A DNA stretch of 64,000 nt from the IMG/VR virus record IMGVR_UViG_3300020036_002912; one strand, 5' to 3'. How positions within the stretch are numbered: the first letter of the stretch is position 1; every line of letters starts with the position of its first letter. The position numbers were made by a program, and so were the translations under genes. The notes under the pieces are model-generated. The model worked only from the letters and a program-made list of their open reading frames with translations, was not told where the DNA came from and ran no database searches. The stretch comes from an uncultured virus (IMG/VR IMGVR_UViG_3300020036_002912) (lineage: Duplodnaviria > Heunggongvirae > Uroviricota > Caudoviricetes). Shown here piece after piece: positions 27,418 to 38,222 of this stretch.

Positions 27418-28160
27418 TGCACACATTATTTCCAAATAAAGTAAAGTTAGAGCCGGTATCTCACAGGTATTATCACGATAACGGCGATGAGTACATTAGT
27501 GTGTCGGCTCTGCTTAAAATGATAGCTGAGAAGTTTGAGGACACTCATGCTTATGCGAGGGCCACTCCGGAAACAAGATTGGAGTGGAAAGAGAAAGGAA
27601 GGGTTGCTGCAGATCATGGAACGCGTATTCACAATGCCTTAGAATTGTATTCTGATTCTGGTCAGATACTAAAGGACAACGAAGACTTGGTAGAAATTAT
27701 TAAGTCGGTGTCGGCGGAGTATAACGAATACCACAAGAATTACAACGAGGTGTGTTTGTATAATGAGAAATACAGAATTGCAGGCACCACAGATAAGATT
27801 TGTGCTATAAGTAACAGAAAGGATTGCGAGGTTGATTTAGCGGACTTTAAGACCAATATCTCGAATGGAATTCAATATTTTAATAAGTACAAGAAGAGAT
27901 TGTATCCGCCATTCGATCATTTACAAGATTGTAACTATGTAAAGTATAGTTTTCAGTTGAGTATTTATGCTTACTTTTTTGAGGAGTTGACCGGGCGGAA
28001 GGTAAGACAATTGTACATCCACTTTATAGCTCCAGACTTCAAAACACACACAAAGATCCCCGTAATGTACATGAAGAATGACGTTAAGTTATTACTTGAT
28101 ACATATTCGGGACAAATAATTAATAACCAAGAACCAATCCAAAACGCATTTGAGATATGA
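27417..28160 (+). CDS. PD-(D/E)XK exonuclease
   Basis: GTRIH, E, IAGTTD, DFKT, YSFQLSIY. Confidence 0.88.
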   Translation: MHTLFPNKVKLEPVSHRYYHDNGDEYISVSALLKMIAEKFEDTHAYARATPETRLEWKEKGRVAADHGTRIHNALELYSDSGQILKDNEDLVEIIKSVSAEYNEYHKNYNEVCLYNEKYRIAGTTDKICAISNRKDCEVDLADFKTNISNGIQYFNKYKKRLYPPFDHLQDCNYVKYSFQLSIYAYFFEELTGRKVRQLYIHFIAPDFKTHTKIPVMYMKNDVKLLLDTYSGQIINNQEPIQNAFEI

Positions 28161-28381
28161 CAAAAAACATTTTAATTTATGACGTATGTTCTATTCCTAA
28201 AGGAAAGACCATGAGAACAATAATGAGCGAGTTTAAGGACGGGGTGGTGATGTGGGCATCACAGCCACACATGAATGTGTCAGAAAGAAGAATAGAAAAT
28301 CCTCCGCGCGTGATCGACAGAAGAACGTTAGAAGATGCAAAGGGTATTAAGTTTGTAGATGTATCGGAGGAGAAGAAATGA
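28157..28381 (+). CDS. Hypothetical protein
   Basis: ATGA overlaps with neighbours. Confidence 0.6.
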   Translation: MTKNILIYDVCSIPKGKTMRTIMSEFKDGVVMWASQPHMNVSERRIENPPRVIDRRTLEDAKGIKFVDVSEEKK

Positions 28382-28941
28382 GTTATTTATTTTTCATAGA
28401 CGACAAAGATAAGCTGGTCCTCAGACCCGAAGCTTTAAAGCTAAAAGAGGAATTGCGGGTGCTAAGCGATAAAGAGATTTACTTTATCATTATGTACTGT
28501 GACTACCATAGTCCCTACCATCAATTACCGGAGATACAGCGTAGGAATAACTCTATTTGGGAGGCGTTTGGCGACAATGTGCCTAATATACTTGATAAAC
28601 CAAAGATCAAAGCGGCGATCGAAGCCTATACAGCTTTACAGTACAACGATAAGATCGAGTTGATTAACCGGTATAGGACCAAGCTTGATAGGATCTCGCA
28701 GAGGTTTTTATCTCCTGAATATGATGATGATTCTCCAACATCTAATAGCAACTTAATGAAAACCATTTCGCAATTACGTGAAGCTATTCGCGAGTTGGAG
28801 CAAGAGGTGTCACAGGAAATGAAGGACGAAGGACAGATTAAGGGAGATTCAACTCTTAGTTGGTTAGAAAATATGCAGGCTAATTCGGATAGATATGATT
28901 CTATTCTAAAGGCTGCAAAAAAGCGTAAAGATGATAAATAA
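28378..28941 (+). CDS. Possible terminase small subunit
   Basis: Immediately upstream of terL; helical; position-based call. Confidence 0.45.
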   Translation: MSYLFFIDDKDKLVLRPEALKLKEELRVLSDKEIYFIIMYCDYHSPYHQLPEIQRRNNSIWEAFGDNVPNILDKPKIKAAIEAYTALQYNDKIELINRYRTKLDRISQRFLSPEYDDDSPTSNSNLMKTISQLREAIRELEQEVSQEMKDEGQIKGDSTLSWLENMQANSDRYDSILKAAKKRKDDK

Positions 28942-30955
28942 AGCTCCGTACATAAAAGGTAAAGGCTTCATGAATAAATTGTGTAGCGTTGCAATAAACG
29001 GTATACCCAAAGAAGCTGATGCAAGGAGAGATAAGCGTGTTATTGGAACGCCTCAGTACGTTGCGTTTTGGTCAGAAGAATTACATAAAATAATTCACGG
29101 AGTAGACTGTCCAGGTATCGGATGGGTGCCAGGTAGGTTTTATTGGTATATGAACTATAAAGTCATGTCCACTATCGAAGGTGTTGTTACGCCGGATATG
29201 GTGGATCTACACTTAGAGCTTGCTTATTACATTGAGTATTGTAAGGCAAACGGAAGGAATTTGATTTGCCCAAAAGGTCGACGTAAAGGTATTTCAGAGG
29301 CTACTCATACAATGGTAATTGATTATGGTTTTAGGTTTTTTCCTGGCTATAAGGGTGGCGTCGCTTCTGGTAAAAAAGATTACGTAGATGACTTTTTAGC
29401 TAAGTGGAGATTCGGGGACAGTAAATTGCCACCTGAATTTAAGATCAAAAAACTAAAGAGCAATGATGATGAAATTATTGCCGGATACAGAATAAAAGAT
29501 GAGTCTGGAGATTATATAGAAAGAGGCACTATGAATACCATATACGCCCGTACTGCACACACTAATCCTGGTATATTTAAAGGGTTGTACTTGAACGATA
29601 TTATTTGTGAAGAGGTTGGTGAGTTCGAGAAGTTTTTAGAGTTTTTCTCAGCGTCTAAAGACTGTTTAAAGTCGGGTAGTATTCAGAAAGGGATGCTTTT
29701 TGCGTTTGGAACCGGCGGAAGTATTGATAAGGGAAGTAAAGATTTTAAAAAGGTTTGGGAACATGCTGAAGATTTTAATTTTGAGAAATTTCCGATACTG
29801 GCTCCAAGATTTTATTATTACGGTGGGGCTAAGCATAAACAAAGAAGACTACCTGAAGATTCTGAATTGTATTTAAATAACAAGGAGTTTGAGTTGATCG
29901 GTGTTGAGGACACCAAGCGCGCGGAAGAGGATATTATAAAGAATAGGGAGAAGCTGTTAAAGGCTGGTGACTTAAAGGCTTACAACGAGGACCTGCAGAA
30001 CAACCCGATAAGCGTAAAAGAAATTTTTAAAAAGACTAATGTTAATAACTTTCCGATTGATAAGTTAAACGAGCAGGATTTCAGAATATCATCACTACCA
30101 CACCCCAAATATTCACGTTACCGAATGGAGTGGATCAAAGATGACAATGGCATGATTAAAATGCCGCTGCAAGTGAAATGTGTGGCGATGAGAAACGACG
30201 AAGACTCTGATGAAATAGTGTATATTATTGATTCTGAGCATCCTAGAAAGAATTTTACTAATTTATACGTAGGCGCTATTGATAGCTACGATCAAGACAC
30301 TTCTAAAACATCTAAGTCATTAGGAGCCATGTTGGTTTTGATAAGAGAGAATAGAATAAGCGGAGCTTTAAGCAAAGTACCGGTTGCGGTGATAAGAACG
30401 CGCCCTAAGCGTAAAGAGAAGTTTTACGAGCTGTGTTTGCAGCTATCGGTTTACTATAACATAGTAGGCAATGTATTGGGTGACGTGGCTTCAGGGTTAA
30501 TTATTCAGTATTTTAAAGACCACGGTGGAGTAAAGTTTTTAGCACCGCGCCCAAGAGCGTTTGAATCGGAGGGGAGTGAGCAAAACCATGATTATTGGGT
30601 ACGCTTAACCGGTTTCAGTAAACAAAGGATGGTTGCTTTAATGCAGACTAATATTGAGGATCACATACAAGACATTTGGTTTAATTCAAGTAACGATAAA
30701 GGCCCCGCACTTATTAACGAGTTGGGGAACTATGACGAAGTTGAGATTGGATCGGATAATGACTTGGCGGATTGTTACGGCATAGCGTTGATGCAAGATG
30801 TATCGGCGGATATTAGGCCAAAGGACATGAGTTTAGAAGACAATGATAAAACATTCGATTTCCCGGATTACACAATGGGAGGAACTAATGATGATGCAGA
30901 TTACGATGTTGACAATCCTGAGTTTGATGGAGGTGGTTTTGGACGTGTTAATTAG
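28931..30955 (+). CDS. terL: Terminase large subunit
   Basis: PKGRRKGIS Walker A, IICEEVGE Walker B, FGTGG, GAIDSY and DNDLAD nuclease motifs. Confidence 0.92.
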   Translation: MINKAPYIKGKGFMNKLCSVAINGIPKEADARRDKRVIGTPQYVAFWSEELHKIIHGVDCPGIGWVPGRFYWYMNYKVMSTIEGVVTPDMVDLHLELAYYIEYCKANGRNLICPKGRRKGISEATHTMVIDYGFRFFPGYKGGVASGKKDYVDDFLAKWRFGDSKLPPEFKIKKLKSNDDEIIAGYRIKDESGDYIERGTMNTIYARTAHTNPGIFKGLYLNDIICEEVGEFEKFLEFFSASKDCLKSGSIQKGMLFAFGTGGSIDKGSKDFKKVWEHAEDFNFEKFPILAPRFYYYGGAKHKQRRLPEDSELYLNNKEFELIGVEDTKRAEEDIIKNREKLLKAGDLKAYNEDLQNNPISVKEIFKKTNVNNFPIDKLNEQDFRISSLPHPKYSRYRMEWIKDDNGMIKMPLQVKCVAMRNDEDSDEIVYIIDSEHPRKNFTNLYVGAIDSYDQDTSKTSKSLGAMLVLIRENRISGALSKVPVAVIRTRPKRKEKFYELCLQLSVYYNIVGNVLGDVASGLIIQYFKDHGGVKFLAPRPRAFESEGSEQNHDYWVRLTGFSKQRMVALMQTNIEDHIQDIWFNSSNDKGPALINELGNYDEVEIGSDNDLADCYGIALMQDVSADIRPKDMSLEDNDKTFDFPDYTMGGTNDDADYDVDNPEFDGGGFGRVN

Positions 30956-30966
30956 AATTAGTCTAA
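30952..30966. promoter_or_regulatory. TTAGA-N5-TCTAA palindrome upstream of portal
   Basis: One of five copies (23010, 23074, 30952, 33328, 38161). Confidence 0.65.
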
Positions 30967-31009
30967 ATAATCAAAATTTTACTTATTTTTGATTAAATTT
31001 TAATTCAGC

Positions 31010-33229
31010 ATGAGGACTTTTCCAGAACAAAATATTCCCATATCCCAAAAAAACAGCAATTGGTATAAAAGGCATTTAGATTATGCTCAGGACATTGTAG
31101 TTACTTACAATGGAATAACCGGTAAAATGGATCGGCTTTATAATTCTTACAACGGAGTTAAAAACGCATCTAGTTTAGCGTGGTTAGAGAAGACCTATGG
31201 TAAACAAAACAGAGCAAAGTATATTACATACCGCGTAGGCAGAACAAAGATGGATTTGCTATGGGGAGAATGGCTTAAACGCCCTCTTACTGCTACAGTA
31301 GAAACAACCAATATAGAGGCTCGTTCTCAAAAAATGGCACAGTTAGATTTCATGACCGGAGCTATGATCGCAAGGCAAGAAATTATTGATGTGAAGGAGA
31401 AAGCCGGTGTTGATATAATGGAAGGCGCGCCTATCCCGCAATCACAGGATGATCCTATTTGGGCCAAGATGTCTCCTAAAGACAAGGACGAAGATATAAT
31501 GCAAATTATATTGGACGAACAAGTTAAGGCATTAGATTTACAAAGAAAAATAGGACAAAACTTTCTTGACGTATTAATCACATCTATGTGTTATAGTATG
31601 GTTGAGATTAACGAAGAGGGTGATGTTGCTTATGAGAGAATTGATCCGCGCGATGCTATTTACGAACATATTGAAGGTGATGATTACTTAGAGAAAAGTC
31701 CGATCCGCGGATGTCGCAGAGTATTACCTATTCACGAAATTAAAAAACGCTATCAGTTAAGCGAAGAGCAAATAAGATTGCTTGATAACATGGCGCAAAA
31801 TCCAAATGATTACAGAGATAATAGATGGATACAGGTTACAAACGGAGAATTGCTTTGTTCTGTTATTCACATTGAGTGGGATTCTTGGGACCCCGAATAT
31901 TACAAGATTTCACCAAAGACAAACGCGCAAATGGAGATTGATTCATCTTCAGATAGCTATGTTATGGAGATCACCGCAGACAAATATGAACCGGCTATGC
32001 AGGTGCACGCAAAGAATGTTGAGGCTGGTAAATATAAGACTGAAACAAAGTGGAGCGAGCAAACATACGAAGCAACCCGTATTGGCGGACTACCTGAGTT
32101 AGATGTTAACTGCAGACGTAAATACTTCCAAAAAAGAAGTGAAGACAATCCGGCTAGAGTGTTAAGTTCATCTTACCATGGATTTATTTTCAATACTATT
32201 AACGGTACACGCGTTTCTTTACAGGAAAAGATTGAGAATTTTGATACAATATTTGATATTACAATGTATCAGATATTAAAAGAATTAGCAAGGGCTAAAG
32301 GTAAGGTTGTTACATTTGACCGCGCCGGATTACCACAGAAAGCTAAGATGTCGGATGTTGTTTATAGAGCTGTTAACGATCAGTTCTTAGACTACGATTC
32401 TTCAGCTTCAGGAAACACGGCACAAAGACAATTAGATCCTGCAAATATGTTCAAAGAAATTGACTTAGGTTTAAGTCAGTCGTTTGAATTTTTACTTGTA
32501 ATGAAGAATGATATTCTAAACACATTAAACCAGATTACCGGTATTAACGAGAATAGAGAAGGTCAGATCGCTGCTAGTTCAACTGCAACAAATGCTAATT
32601 CAGCAATAGCAGCTTCGCGCACGATCACGGAGCCATTGTTCTTTGGCATGCAAGGATTTGTTCAGCGCGTAATGAAGAGCATTATTGATAGCACTAAAGT
32701 GTCATGGGCATTTTATAAGCTTGATAAAGGTGAGCACATATTAGGCGCAGATAAATTAAGATTCTTACAGGTAACTAAGAGTATTGGTTATAAGGATTAC
32801 GACGCGCATGTGGATGATGGCGGAGAATATTTGAGATTACGTCAGGAGATGGATCAGTTAATGGCATTCGATTTACAAGCTGGTAATTTAAGATCTGCGG
32901 ATGTGTTGAAGGTGAAATTATCTAAGACTACAGCTCAAATGAAAGCTACATTAGAAGATGCTTGGATGCGATTAGAGAAAACAGCATTAGAGCAAAAGCA
33001 AATGGATATGCAGAACCAACAGGCTATGAATGATAAAACCATTCAGGCTAATAAGGAAATGGCCCAAGAAGACCGTGAGGATCGCCAGGTAGCGGCAGTG
33101 GATGAAATAAATGCTAAGACACAGGGTCAAGTAGTTGTTGAGAATGTAAAGGCTAAAAACAAGATGTTTGAGAACCAACATAAGGCCCAAAACGATATAA
33201 TCAACAATACAAATATTACAGAAATGTAA
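31010..33229 (+). CDS. Portal protein (crAss-like)
   Basis: FPEQ N-terminus, LWGEWLKRP, ITGINENREGQI; follows terL. Confidence 0.88.
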   Translation: MRTFPEQNIPISQKNSNWYKRHLDYAQDIVVTYNGITGKMDRLYNSYNGVKNASSLAWLEKTYGKQNRAKYITYRVGRTKMDLLWGEWLKRPLTATVETTNIEARSQKMAQLDFMTGAMIARQEIIDVKEKAGVDIMEGAPIPQSQDDPIWAKMSPKDKDEDIMQIILDEQVKALDLQRKIGQNFLDVLITSMCYSMVEINEEGDVAYERIDPRDAIYEHIEGDDYLEKSPIRGCRRVLPIHEIKKRYQLSEEQIRLLDNMAQNPNDYRDNRWIQVTNGELLCSVIHIEWDSWDPEYYKISPKTNAQMEIDSSSDSYVMEITADKYEPAMQVHAKNVEAGKYKTETKWSEQTYEATRIGGLPELDVNCRRKYFQKRSEDNPARVLSSSYHGFIFNTINGTRVSLQEKIENFDTIFDITMYQILKELARAKGKVVTFDRAGLPQKAKMSDVVYRAVNDQFLDYDSSASGNTAQRQLDPANMFKEIDLGLSQSFEFLLVMKNDILNTLNQITGINENREGQIAASSTATNANSAIAASRTITEPLFFGMQGFVQRVMKSIIDSTKVSWAFYKLDKGEHILGADKLRFLQVTKSIGYKDYDAHVDDGGEYLRLRQEMDQLMAFDLQAGNLRSADVLKVKLSKTTAQMKATLEDAWMRLEKTALEQKQMDMQNQQAMNDKTIQANKEMAQEDREDRQVAAVDEINAKTQGQVVVENVKAKNKMFENQHKAQNDIINNTNITEM

Positions 33230-33272
33230 CGAAATCAAACAAACACAAAATAGTACAGATTTGTACTCAAAT

Positions 33273-33299
33273 AGCCCGAATTAACAGTTCGGGTTTTTT
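33273..33299 (+). terminator. Rho-independent terminator
   Basis: GCCCGAA...TTCGGGT followed by a T run. Confidence 0.75.
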
Positions 33300-33379
33300 G
33301 TTGTTGATAAGTTTATCTATTCCTTAATTAGAATTAGTCTAATTAACCTTACTTTTATTGAAATTTAAAACATTAATCA

Positions 33380-34573
33380 ATGTCAGATGAAACAGTTACC
33401 ACGGAAGTGGTGCCGCAAGAGACGGCTAAAGAAGGGAATGCCCCTTTAGAAAGTAACTGGGATGCCATCACCAATGCACCGGAATTTAGTGCTGATTATG
33501 TTGCTCCTAAAACGGATTCAACAAAACCTGATGAAGATCAGAACAAGTCAAGCGAAACGGTAGACGAGGCAAAAACGAATGAAGATAATGCTGATGCAGA
33601 TCAGAACAAGGAAAAAGAAGGTGAAGGTCAGGAAAAACCTGGTGACAAGCCGGCGGATGAGACAACAGAGGATAAGCCTTTGATTGAATTTAAAGTAGAG
33701 GATGTTAAGGGTACACCTGAAGCGGAACCGGAAGACGGTACATGGTTAGCGGTTGCTAAAGCGTCAGGAATTGAGGACTTAAAAGAAGATTCTTTTGAGG
33801 CTTATCAATCGGCGGTTGAAGCAAAATACAACGCTAAAATAGAAGAGGTTAAATCTATTACTGAAGATAAGGTATTAGAGAAATTCTCTCCGGAAGCCCG
33901 CGCCACTATTGAGCTTTTAAACTCAGGATTATCTTTAGAACAAATTTATGCTCCTTTACAAGAGGTGCAACAATTAAAGCAACTTGACGATGTTTCGTTA
34001 GTTCGCAAAGCCTTAGAAGAGGCTAAGATGCCGGACGGAACAAAAATGTGGGATGCTGATATGATTGAAGCAAAACTTGAAAAGATTTTAGAGGAAGGTA
34101 AAGCAGATGTTGAAGCAAAAAACATCCGCCGGATTTTAGAAGTTGAGGAGCAGAAAATTAAATTAGAACATAGTAACAAACTACAACAGTATCAGGAGAA
34201 GAAGGTTCAGCTTGCAGAGCAACAGAAACAAGAATCAGCGGCCAAGTTTACACAAGCGATGTCCACAGTGACAGAGTTTTTTGGCGGAAAGATTAGTGAA
34301 GAAGCTAAGCAGGCAATCATTAAAAAGCATCAATCCGGAGCTTACAATGATTTACTTAACAATCCTAAAGATATAGCAGAGTTTGTTTTATATAAAGAGT
34401 TTGGTCAAAAAGCGATCAAGAACCTTGAAAACACAGCGTTTCAAAGAGGTCGTGAAGAAAAGACTAAAAAACTCTTGAACGTTCCGCCTGTTACTCAAAA
34501 CGGTTCGGGAAGAACAATAACCAATACAGAAACAGATAACTGGTCAGCATTAAGGGAGGGGCTTGGTAGTTAA
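33380..34573 (+). CDS. Acidic scaffold-like protein
   Basis: Acidic disordered N-terminus, coiled coil; lies between portal and MCP. Confidence 0.65.
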   Translation: MSDETVTTEVVPQETAKEGNAPLESNWDAITNAPEFSADYVAPKTDSTKPDEDQNKSSETVDEAKTNEDNADADQNKEKEGEGQEKPGDKPADETTEDKPLIEFKVEDVKGTPEAEPEDGTWLAVAKASGIEDLKEDSFEAYQSAVEAKYNAKIEEVKSITEDKVLEKFSPEARATIELLNSGLSLEQIYAPLQEVQQLKQLDDVSLVRKALEEAKMPDGTKMWDADMIEAKLEKILEEGKADVEAKNIRRILEVEEQKIKLEHSNKLQQYQEKKVQLAEQQKQESAAKFTQAMSTVTEFFGGKISEEAKQAIIKKHQSGAYNDLLNNPKDIAEFVLYKEFGQKAIKNLENTAFQRGREEKTKKLLNVPPVTQNGSGRTITNTETDNWSALREGLGS

Positions 34574-34608
34574 AATTAAACTATTAAAAAACTCAAAAAA
34601 CTAAAACA

Positions 34609-36093
34609 ATGGCACAAAATCCAGGCAGAATTGCCGTAAACACAGGTACATTTACTGAAGACACCTGTACACTTGACTACGACTTAATCCGTAATCAATC
34701 TAAAGTTCCTCAAATCCGCACAATGTTAGAATACGCTAACCGTCGTGCATTATCTACATTATTAGTATCTGGAGTTGTTACTCCTTACGGTATTGATGAT
34801 CGTAAACCGACTGATATTAAGCCCGCAACAGGTAAAGGTATCGGTAACAACGCATATCAGTTTGACGTAATGGGTCGTATTGAGAAAGCTGCAGCTATTC
34901 GTTCACAAGTTGGCGCAACTGCAACTGATGGCACATTCCAATTATTAATGAATGACAAGCATTTGGTTCCGGGTATGGTTTGTATGTTTCACGGTGGCTT
35001 CCAAGCTCGCGTAATGAACAACCCTACAGGATCACCGGCTGCAGGTTATTTATACACATTCAAAGGAATGGCTGCTGGCGTATCTTTCTCTTATTCTACT
35101 CACACACAGCCTACAGGAACTAAAACTTGTTTCGGTGCTTATACCTCTGTATCTGAGAAATCATTACGTGGTTATGGCCGTTCTAAGTTCCCTGATCGCT
35201 TTACAAACTACATGACTACTCAACGTAAGACTGTAGCTATTTCGGGTGGAGCTGCTTCAAGCGTTCTATGGTATAACTACACTAACGATGGCGGTAAAAT
35301 GTCAAAAGGTTGGATGTACCAAGAATTAGCACAAGCACAAGCTCAATTCGTAATGGAAAATGAGCGCGCTAAGTGGTTCGGAGTATCTACTATGAAGAGT
35401 TCTACAGGTGGTTTATTGCCTATCGCTAACATTATTGATGATGAAACAGGATTACCTGTAATCACCGGTGATGGTTGGGAAGAGCAAGTTGCTGGTGGTA
35501 ACGTATTATACGGAAGTGGTGTAAACGGTTTACCAACTGCAGATGACTTCAAAGACATGATGACCATGTTAGAGAAGCAATCAGATAAAGTAATGGGATT
35601 AAATTGGGTATGTGTTACTGGAACTCATGGTTTCGCACACTTCCAATCAATCGCTACTGACATCGGAGCTACTCAAAACACTACTTATTTCTCTAACGTA
35701 GAGAAAGACGGACAAGCTGGTGGAGCTGTAATGGCTGCTGGTTATACTTTCATGAAAATTAACTTTGCTGGTAATTCAATGACTGTATTAAAGCATACAT
35801 TATTTGATGACGATCAATTGTTCACTGAACTTGATGCTAACGGAAACGTTGTACAATCTTCTACTTACTTCATCATGAACGTAGGCGAAGGCGCAAATAA
35901 GAACATGGACATCCTTTGTAAAGAAGCAAACGGTATCCGCCGTGACGAAGTAACTGCTAAGTTTAACGGCTTAACAGGTGCATCTGAGATGTCAGTTACA
36001 GAAGAAGATGCTATGAAGTACGCTATGTTAAAAGAAGACCTTTTGGTAATCTATAACACAATGGAGTGCGGTATCATCTACCCTAACACCTAA
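34609..36093 (+). CDS. Major capsid protein (crAss-like)
   Basis: 494 aa, high-expression codon bias, NYMTTQRK, ITGDGWEEQV, VTGTHG; synteny. Confidence 0.85.
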   Translation: MAQNPGRIAVNTGTFTEDTCTLDYDLIRNQSKVPQIRTMLEYANRRALSTLLVSGVVTPYGIDDRKPTDIKPATGKGIGNNAYQFDVMGRIEKAAAIRSQVGATATDGTFQLLMNDKHLVPGMVCMFHGGFQARVMNNPTGSPAAGYLYTFKGMAAGVSFSYSTHTQPTGTKTCFGAYTSVSEKSLRGYGRSKFPDRFTNYMTTQRKTVAISGGAASSVLWYNYTNDGGKMSKGWMYQELAQAQAQFVMENERAKWFGVSTMKSSTGGLLPIANIIDDETGLPVITGDGWEEQVAGGNVLYGSGVNGLPTADDFKDMMTMLEKQSDKVMGLNWVCVTGTHGFAHFQSIATDIGATQNTTYFSNVEKDGQAGGAVMAAGYTFMKINFAGNSMTVLKHTLFDDDQLFTELDANGNVVQSSTYFIMNVGEGANKNMDILCKEANGIRRDEVTAKFNGLTGASEMSVTEEDAMKYAMLKEDLLVIYNTMECGIIYPNT

Positions 36094-36109
36094 TCACAAG
36101 ATCAAAGGC

Positions 36110-36136
36110 AAAGGCCCCGATAAAAAGGGGCTTTTG
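36110..36136 (+). terminator. Rho-independent terminator
   Basis: AAGGCCCC...GGGGCTTTT. Confidence 0.7.
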
Positions 36137-36166
36137 TTTATTTAATAACATAAAAAGCAAGAAAAA

Positions 36167-37285
36167 ATGTCAACATTGACTGAAAGCCTTGCCGGGACAC
36201 AAAATTCCAACAAACAAGTTGAAGAGGCCCCGGAGTACATCATAGTGAAAGACGGATATGGTGTAGAGCACAAAGTAATAAACTTAGAGCATCCAAAAAT
36301 CCGCAGAAATGGAATTATTGAGTTGGTTCCAACAAGGTCTTCTACAAGACATGCAACTCAGGTACGCTATACTAAATGGCAAAACCCTAACAGCGGGATC
36401 ATTTATGGTATTTTTACCGGCGTTAACCCAAAGACAAAAGAACTAATGTTTCAGTCTATTCTTTTAAGAAACGACGTTACTTTAGATTTGTCGAACAATT
36501 CAGATGCTAAAAAATGGGCGGTGTTACAATACGCTTCATTTTTAAGAGGTTCTGTTAACTTCAAAGAACATCACAAAACACAGTACAAGATCCACGACAA
36601 AGAACAAGAAGCTCAGGAGTTTTTATCTAAACGCGTATTTAAGCGTAAAGCTATTGATATTGCTGAGGGATTGATCGGTGAAGGATTAGTTGACATGGCG
36701 CGTGATCTTGGAATGGACCCTAAAAGCTATTCGGTTCCAACATTGCATGCTGAGTTAATTAAGATTTCAGAAGAAAACCCTAAGCGCTTTATGGACGTGT
36801 GGGATAATCCTATGCGTACACAATTAACCATTTTAAAGCGTGGTATTGCTACAGGTATCGTTACTCAGGACTTAACCGGATTAGGCTTTATGTTTGGCGC
36901 ACACACTTTAGGAACAACTGAAGGAGCTGCTACAGACTATTTACGTCAACATCCGCAATTAGGAATAGCTATTGACCAACAGGCCCGTAATAAGGAATCT
37001 GATTCGGTGAAGGCTATGTCTAGTAAAAAACAAGAAACACCTCCAGCAACCGGCGAAGATGCAACTGTTAAAAGATTGTTAGAAGAAATTGCTGCAATGA
37101 AAGAGATGAACAAAACTCTATCTGAGCAATTAATGAACAAACAATTGGATGAAACAGGTACGATCACGGTAGACGAAGAGCTGTTAGAACTAAGAAAGAC
37201 CGCTAAAGGATTAGGAGTTAAAAACCCTAACATTTACGGTAAAGAAAAGCTAAAAGCAAAAGTCGAAGAGTTACAAGCTCAATAA
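36167..37285 (+). CDS. Conserved crAss-like post-MCP protein with C-terminal Rho-N/SAP-like motif
   Basis: ELRKTAKGLGVKN...KEKLKAKV; synteny. Confidence 0.6.
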   Translation: MSTLTESLAGTQNSNKQVEEAPEYIIVKDGYGVEHKVINLEHPKIRRNGIIELVPTRSSTRHATQVRYTKWQNPNSGIIYGIFTGVNPKTKELMFQSILLRNDVTLDLSNNSDAKKWAVLQYASFLRGSVNFKEHHKTQYKIHDKEQEAQEFLSKRVFKRKAIDIAEGLIGEGLVDMARDLGMDPKSYSVPTLHAELIKISEENPKRFMDVWDNPMRTQLTILKRGIATGIVTQDLTGLGFMFGAHTLGTTEGAATDYLRQHPQLGIAIDQQARNKESDSVKAMSSKKQETPPATGEDATVKRLLEEIAAMKEMNKTLSEQLMNKQLDETGTITVDEELLELRKTAKGLGVKNPNIYGKEKLKAKVEELQAQ

Positions 37286-37292
37286 CAAATAA

Positions 37293-37321
37293 AAAGGAAG
37301 CCTAAAAAACTTCCTTTTTTT
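37293..37321 (+). terminator. Rho-independent terminator
   Basis: AGGAAG...CTTCCT followed by a T run. Confidence 0.7.
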
Positions 37322-37348
37322 AATTATCTTTGGTACAAAATACAACAC

Positions 37349-38131
37349 ATGAACGCAATACAACAAAAGGAAAGAGCTGATTTTTACATGGACCGATCAC
37401 GCGCTCCACGATTTACATTTAATCAGTACAATATTGCTTTTAGAGAAGTGATAATGACTTACTTTGACAAAAATAAAACAAGCGAAATCGGTATCCGGGA
37501 TGGGCTTTATACGCTATTAACAACCGTTACGCCAACTGTTACCACAGTTACTTCCGCTTCTACATATACAATTAGCAGGTTTAGTTACCCTGCAGATTAT
37601 CACTTTTTAAATTATATGAACGTGTATGTTGACAGCGAATTGGCACGCGTGTTGCCTATTAAAGGCGATGAGATTAATCCGGTATTAATAGACTCGTTCA
37701 AGAAACCAAGTAACACAAAGATCTACCAAAAGGAAGATGCTACAGGATATTTATTGTATAGGGGCGTTGGTGGCACATGTACTGTTAATTACACGTACTT
37801 AAAAGCTCCGGCTGCATTTTATATAGGTAATGAATCTGATCTTATTACGGCAGGAACATCTTTAGCTTTAGCTACGGGATACACGGCGGTAGAAGAAAGT
37901 GTTGTTGCGGGTGTTACTTATGATCCAGGCGATCAGTTTACAAGTGCCGTTACACCAACATCATTAACAAGCGGTAAGCTTATTTTAACCTCTATATTGG
38001 TAGATTGTGATTTACCGGATACGGTTCATGAAGATATTGCAAAGATGGTTGCGGAATACATGAGTGGCACTGTTGAAAACTTTAATAAATCTGCTTTTGC
38101 AGAGAAGGAGTTTTTAAAAACCAACAGTTAA
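37349..38131 (+). CDS. Head-tail adaptor/ring protein-like
   Basis: YPADY, YLKAP, CDLPDTVHEDIAKM pattern. Confidence 0.6.
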   Translation: MNAIQQKERADFYMDRSRAPRFTFNQYNIAFREVIMTYFDKNKTSEIGIRDGLYTLLTTVTPTVTTVTSASTYTISRFSYPADYHFLNYMNVYVDSELARVLPIKGDEINPVLIDSFKKPSNTKIYQKEDATGYLLYRGVGGTCTVNYTYLKAPAAFYIGNESDLITAGTSLALATGYTAVEESVVAGVTYDPGDQFTSAVTPTSLTSGKLILTSILVDCDLPDTVHEDIAKMVAEYMSGTVENFNKSAFAEKEFLKTNS

Positions 38132-38222
38132 TAAATATTTTGGCTTTTGTTTGGCGTTAATTAGAACGTGTCTAAATAAGCGTTATATTTGTTTCATTAT
38201 TAACAATTTAATTATTTAAAAA

